Positions 59,896-64,000 of a stretch of DNA of 64,000 nt are shown here, one piece after another; the stretch's first letter is position 1; each line of letters opens with the position of its first letter. A model generated the notes under the pieces. It made no database searches, was not told where the DNA came from, and saw nothing but the letters and a program-made list of their open reading frames with translations. The position numbers and the translations under genes are program-made. Origin of the DNA: an uncultured Chloroflexia bacterium (GTDB lineage: Bacteria; Chloroflexota; Limnocylindria; Limnocylindrales; CSP1-4); contig CAVXPZ010000001.1 of NCBI GenBank assembly GCA_963763775.1, positions 1,216,001 through 1,280,000 of the forward strand. The letters run 5' to 3'.

Positions 59896-61730
59896 CCGAG
59901 GACCGCGACGGCGGCGCGATCGCGAGCTCGTCCGACATCGACCTGCTTCGAACGTTTGAGCCGGTCGTCCGCTACACCCAGGGCGAGCTCTTCTTCCCCG
60001 CGGCGGTCGAGTCGTATATCCCCGAGTGCGATCTCTTCGTCGGTCGATCCGAGCGGGACCGACGACTCCTCGTCCCGTACGGGGAACTGACCGAGGAGCG
60101 GCTCGTCTCGTACACCGCTCCGCCAGGCGAGACCCTGTCGATGCGGCTCGCCCAGAATCAGCTCGGTGGCCTGGATCTCGCCCGTTGGAACCGGCGGCCG
60201 GACCGCCCCGAATTCCACGCACCCAGCCGCCTGGCGCGCGTCGGCATCTTCGCCCGCCTGGTCGACACGGCCTTCACGGCGTCGCTCCTGCTCCGAGGCA
60301 CCGTCCCGGGCGGGACCACGGCGGCCGCCCATCTCAAGTACGAGAAGGTCCGGCAGACCGACCCGCGGTATGTCTACCACGGGCGCGTCCTTCGGTCAGA
60401 TGGCTGGATCGTCCTCCACTACATGTACTTCTACTTCATGAACGACTGGCGTTCCACGTTCTCCGGCGCGAATGATCACGAGTCGGACCTCGAGCAGGCA
60501 TTCGTCTTCCTCGAGGAGGCGCCGGACGGGGTCCACCCGGTCTGGTTCGCCTGTGCGGCACACGATTACTCCGGTGACCAGCTCCGCCGTCGCTGGGACG
60601 ACCCGTACCTGGTCAGGGTCGGCGACCACCCGGTGATCCACGCGGGCGCTGGCTCGCACGCGGCCTACTTCGAGTCCGGCGAGTACATGACCGCAGCGCC
60701 ATTGCCGGCCGCGCGGCGATTGCGTGGCCTCCTCGAGGCGGCACGGTCGTTCTGGCGCGACACGCTTCGGCAGCCGGATCCGGGCGACCTTGCGACCTCG
60801 CTCGAGCGCGCGCTGAGCATCCCGTTCATCGACTACGCCCGCGGCGACGGGCTGCACATCGGCGGCGACAGCGACGCGGAGTGGTCGCCCGTCCTCATCG
60901 ACGATACGGTCCCCTGGGTGGACGGCTACCGCGGCCTGCTGGGTCTGGACACCTTCGACCGGTTCGCCGGCGAGCGGGCGCCGGCGGGGCCGAAGTACAC
61001 GCGTTCCGGAACGGCTCGCCAGTCCTGGAACGATCCGATCGGTTGGGCCGGGCTGGCGAAGACCGCACCGCCGCACCGGATGCCCGCCGCCCTCGAGTCG
61101 CGCCTCACCGAGCTCGAGGCGGACCTCGCCAAGCTCCGGGCCGAGAACGACGCGGCGGCGGCTTCGCTCGACGGGTTCGACCTCGAGGTCCGGGCGCTCG
61201 CGACCGATCAGAGCTTCGCCTCGATCCATCAGACCCGTGCGGCCGAGCTCGCGCAACGCGAGTCGGTGGTCAACGCCGGACGATCGAACGAAGCGGTCCT
61301 CTCGGACACGATCCTGGCTAGTCGGCGCGAGCTCGAGCGGTTGCGAGCCGGCGACCTGGGCGACCCGCGCGCCCACCTCCATGGCGACCATCACCCGGTC
61401 CCACCCGAGATGACCCGTTACGGGAGGGTCGTCGAGATCTGGGCCGCGATCAGCATCAGCCTGGTCCTGGTCGGGGCGGTCGCCGTCGTGTGGCTGACCC
61501 CGGTACCCTGGTACATGGCCCTGGCCGCGGCCTTCGTGGTCTACGCCGTCCTGGAGGCGGCGTTTCGGCGGCGACTCACCACCATGCTCCTCCGGACCAC
61601 CCTGGTCCTGGCGGGGTTCGGCGCCTTGATCCTGCTCTACGAGTTCACGACGCCACTCGTCATGGCGGCGATCATCGGCCTCGCGGCCCTGACGCTCTTC
61701 GACAACGTTCGGGAGATCCGTCGCAGCTAG
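59892..61730 (+). CDS. hypothetical protein with Vps62/NPP1-like domain, coiled coil and C-terminal TM helices
   Basis: FEPVVRY..GE.FFP, VLHYMYFYFMND, NDHESDLE, HPVIHAGAGSHAAY; ATGA overlap with upstream gene. Confidence 0.7.
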   Translation: MTEDRDGGAIASSSDIDLLRTFEPVVRYTQGELFFPAAVESYIPECDLFVGRSERDRRLLVPYGELTEERLVSYTAPPGETLSMRLAQNQLGGLDLARWNRRPDRPEFHAPSRLARVGIFARLVDTAFTASLLLRGTVPGGTTAAAHLKYEKVRQTDPRYVYHGRVLRSDGWIVLHYMYFYFMNDWRSTFSGANDHESDLEQAFVFLEEAPDGVHPVWFACAAHDYSGDQLRRRWDDPYLVRVGDHPVIHAGAGSHAAYFESGEYMTAAPLPAARRLRGLLEAARSFWRDTLRQPDPGDLATSLERALSIPFIDYARGDGLHIGGDSDAEWSPVLIDDTVPWVDGYRGLLGLDTFDRFAGERAPAGPKYTRSGTARQSWNDPIGWAGLAKTAPPHRMPAALESRLTELEADLAKLRAENDAAAASLDGFDLEVRALATDQSFASIHQTRAAELAQRESVVNAGRSNEAVLSDTILASRRELERLRAGDLGDPRAHLHGDHHPVPPEMTRYGRVVEIWAAISISLVLVGAVAVVWLTPVPWYMALAAAFVVYAVLEAAFRRRLTTMLLRTTLVLAGFGALILLYEFTTPLVMAAIIGLAALTLFDNVREIRRS

Positions 61731-61757
61731 GGCGCGAGCTGCTCGGCCGCCGAGCCC

Positions 61758-62714
61758 TCATCCGGCGCGCCCGATGATCCGCAACGCACCCGGGCGGACC
61801 CGCGCCTCGAGCCACCCCGGCGGGTGGTGGTCGCCGTCGACCTCGATGGGCTGGCCGGGATCGGCCTCGATGCGCACGACCTCGACCGGCCGACGCACGA
61901 CGCTGTCGTTGAGGTCCGCGGTCTCGAAGAGCAGCCGTGCCGCGCCGTGCAGTCCGGCCAGGGCATGGCCGCCGCCGACGACGAGCAGGTCGAGGCGGCC
62001 GTCGGCAGGGTCGATCCGACGACGCGGGCCGATCCGGCCCGGGACGAGCTCCCCGGCGTTGGCCACGAGCGCGAGGTAGCCGGGCATGTCGATCCGGTCC
62101 CCGTCCGCGACGATGTGGAAGTCCGCCCGAGTGAGGCGAGTCAGCTCCCGGACCGCTGCCCCCACGTACGCCCCGAACCGCATCCGGCGCTTCCACTCGT
62201 GCTCCGCGGCGGCCATGATCCGGGCGTCCAGGCCCATGCCGCAGGCCACGAGGAACACGGTCTCGCCATCGGGCTCGGCTGTGCCGACCGTCCCCCAGCG
62301 GGCTTCACCGAGGTCCATCGTCCGAGGCTGGCCGTGCCGGATCGCCTCGAGGGCCGGCTTGATGCCCCCGATGCCGAGGGAACCGGCGAGCACGTTCCCC
62401 GTCCCTCCGGGGACCACGGCCAGGGGCGTCTGGCGCCCGGCCAACGCGGCGGCCGCCTGGCGGATGGTGCCGTCGCCCCCGACCGCGACGATCAAGGGCG
62501 CTGCGTCCACGGCCGCCGCCAGGGCCGTGTGGGCGTCGGCCAGCGACCCCGACTCGATGCGCGGCACCCGGCCGGTCCTCGCGCGGACGGCGCGGGCGAC
62601 GGCGTCGACGACCTCCGCCCGGCGGGCGGCATCGTGGAGGCGGGCCGCTCGCGGGTTGACGATGACGAGGGGTGCGGCCGCATCGGCCGGGTCCGGGAAT
62701 GTGAGGCTGGACAT
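61758..62714 (-). CDS. diacylglycerol/lipid kinase family protein
   Basis: IVNPRA, GGDGTI, PGGTGNVLA, GMGLDA, DGRLD, EVDGD. Confidence 0.92.
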   Translation of the reverse strand: MSSLTFPDPADAAAPLVIVNPRAARLHDAARRAEVVDAVARAVRARTGRVPRIESGSLADAHTALAAAVDAAPLIVAVGGDGTIRQAAAALAGRQTPLAVVPGGTGNVLAGSLGIGGIKPALEAIRHGQPRTMDLGEARWGTVGTAEPDGETVFLVACGMGLDARIMAAAEHEWKRRMRFGAYVGAAVRELTRLTRADFHIVADGDRIDMPGYLALVANAGELVPGRIGPRRRIDPADGRLDLLVVGGGHALAGLHGAARLLFETADLNDSVVRRPVEVVRIEADPGQPIEVDGDHHPPGWLEARVRPGALRIIGRAG

Positions 62715-63013
62715 CACCGCGATCGTAGACGGGTCGACGCGGATCCGGGCGTCGATGGGCCGAAATGAGCACGATCCCGGCATCGCGGGTAGACTGCGCC
62801 GCGCCGACCGGCCTCCAGGTCAGATGGGATCGACAACTCAAGAGCCCCGCCACGCACGGCTCCGCGAGTCGTCTCCGGCATCGACCACATGCCACCCCGG
62901 GCCCCCCAGCCCGCCCCTCCCTCGATCCGTTCGTCCTTCACCGTGCGCGTCCGCGGGCTCCGATCAAACCGCCGTCGCCCCCCAGGGCGGCGCGCTGGCA
63001 GGAAGGAACTCCA

Positions 63014-63697
63014 TTGCGAACCCGCCCGCTGGGCGCACGAGCGTTCATCACCACCGCCCTCACCGGGGCGATCCTCTTCTCCGTGGCCGCCGCGTCCCCG
63101 ATGATCGCGGCCGAGCCGACCGACCCGTCGACCTCCGTCGAGGCGCCCGTCTTGACCCCGGCGCCGACCGCGACCGAGCCGACGACCGACGTCGCCGCCG
63201 ACCCGGCACCGACCACGGACCCGACTCCCGCCCCTGACGCGACACCCGCCGCAGACGTCGCCTCCGCTGCGGTGCCGGCACCGGCCGTCGTCCGACCGAA
63301 GACCACCGAGGCACGCCAGATCATCGCCATCGCCCGACGCCAGATCGGCGACCCATGGCGCCACGGCGCCCGCGGCCCGCGATCGTTCGACTGCTCCGGT
63401 CTCGTGATCTACGCCTTCAAGAAGGCCGGCGACGCGAAGGCGGTCGGGCGTGGCCACCTGGCCTCGGCCCGGGCGCTGTATCGCTGGTACAAGGCCCGTG
63501 GCCTGGCCAGCCGGCACGACCCCAAGATCGGCGACCTCGTCATCTGGGGCGGCGGCACGCACGTCGGGATCTACATCGGCAAGGGCAAGGCGATCAGCAC
63601 CCTGACGTCCGGCGTCCGCATCCACCGGGTGCATGCGGTGACCGCCCGGTTCACGGCGTACCTCCACACCGGCATGTGGAAGAAGCTCTCGAGCTGA
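63014..63697 (+). CDS. secreted NlpC/P60 (C40) cell-wall peptidase with Pro/Thr/Ala linker
   Basis: Signal peptide; QIGDPWRHGA.GP.SFDCSGL, GDLVIW, HVGIYIG. Confidence 0.9.
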   Translation: MRTRPLGARAFITTALTGAILFSVAAASPMIAAEPTDPSTSVEAPVLTPAPTATEPTTDVAADPAPTTDPTPAPDATPAADVASAAVPAPAVVRPKTTEARQIIAIARRQIGDPWRHGARGPRSFDCSGLVIYAFKKAGDAKAVGRGHLASARALYRWYKARGLASRHDPKIGDLVIWGGGTHVGIYIGKGKAISTLTSGVRIHRVHAVTARFTAYLHTGMWKKLSS

Positions 63698-63713
63698 CCC
63701 TGAGCGCGGCCGT

Positions 63714-64000
63714 CTAGCCGTCGACGGCCGCGAGCACCCGCAGGATCGCCTCGGCGGATCGGTCGATGTCTTCCTCGGTCGTCCGCCATCCGGAGACCGA
63801 GACGCGCATCGCGGCCCGGCCCTGCCAGACGGTCCCGCCCAGCCAGCACGTGCCGTCGCGCTGCACGCCGTCCACCACGGCGCGAGTCCGTGCGTCTCCG
63901 GCCGTCCCGTCCGGGTCGGCGGCATCCCCGTCGAAGCGGACGAGGACCTGGTTCAGCACGACGTCGTTGAGGACCCGGACCCGCGGCGCCTCGCTGAGCC
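63714..64000 (-). CDS. PLP-dependent decarboxylase, C-terminal part
   Basis: VLNDVVLNQVLVRF, GTCWLGGT.W.G..AMRVSVSGW.TT..DI. Confidence 0.8.
   Translation of the reverse strand, partial: LSEAPRVRVLNDVVLNQVLVRFDGDAADPDGTAGDARTRAVVDGVQRDGTCWLGGTVWQGRAAMRVSVSGWRTTEEDIDRSAEAILRVLAAVDG

Noticed and set aside
62800-63013. c-di-AMP (ydaO) or c-di-GMP riboswitch
   Set aside because: Conserved GCTGAATCC/GGGGAACC/GTCAGCTAAC and GCAAACC/GCAAAGC segments are absent
1-64000. tRNA, rRNA, transposase, integrase or prophage genes
   Set aside because: None recognised on either strand by inspection

Overview
High-GC bacterial chromosomal segment. Gene style suggests Chloroflexota (Limnocylindria-like); this is inference only. 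About a dozen genes, including pstS, carry single-base indels, which looks like long-read assembly error. The core (~12.9-39.1 kb) is a large phosphate, polyphosphate and arsenic neighbourhood: ppk1, a CYTH-CHAD protein, ppx, a histone-H1-like protein, crcB, an OmpR-type regulator lacking the phosphoacceptor Asp, pstSCAB-phoU-arsC-sixA, an ars cluster, GDPD, a PhoR-like kinase, two DUF47 paralogs, pit and a canonical PhoP-like regulator. Candidate 11-bp-period TTAAC PHO boxes are visible. Housekeeping genes include deoC, proS, gltX, upp and ldh. A probable pyrimidine/beta-alanine ABC + aminotransferase operon and an NlpC/P60 hydrolase lie near the end. Three things are least explained: (i) a non-coding array of four 19-bp palindromic repeats at 73/73/72-bp period with unique 53-54-bp spacers (17280-17516) and no cas genes; (ii) an XRE-HTH/PD-(D/E)xK-like nuclease gene preceded by a similarly built palindrome array (51110-52362); (iii) an acidic disordered region (in CYTH-CHAD) and a basic one (AlgP-like protein) encoded beside ppk1 and ppx, a candidate polyphosphate-granule organising module. 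No rRNA, tRNA, transposase or cas gene was recognised.
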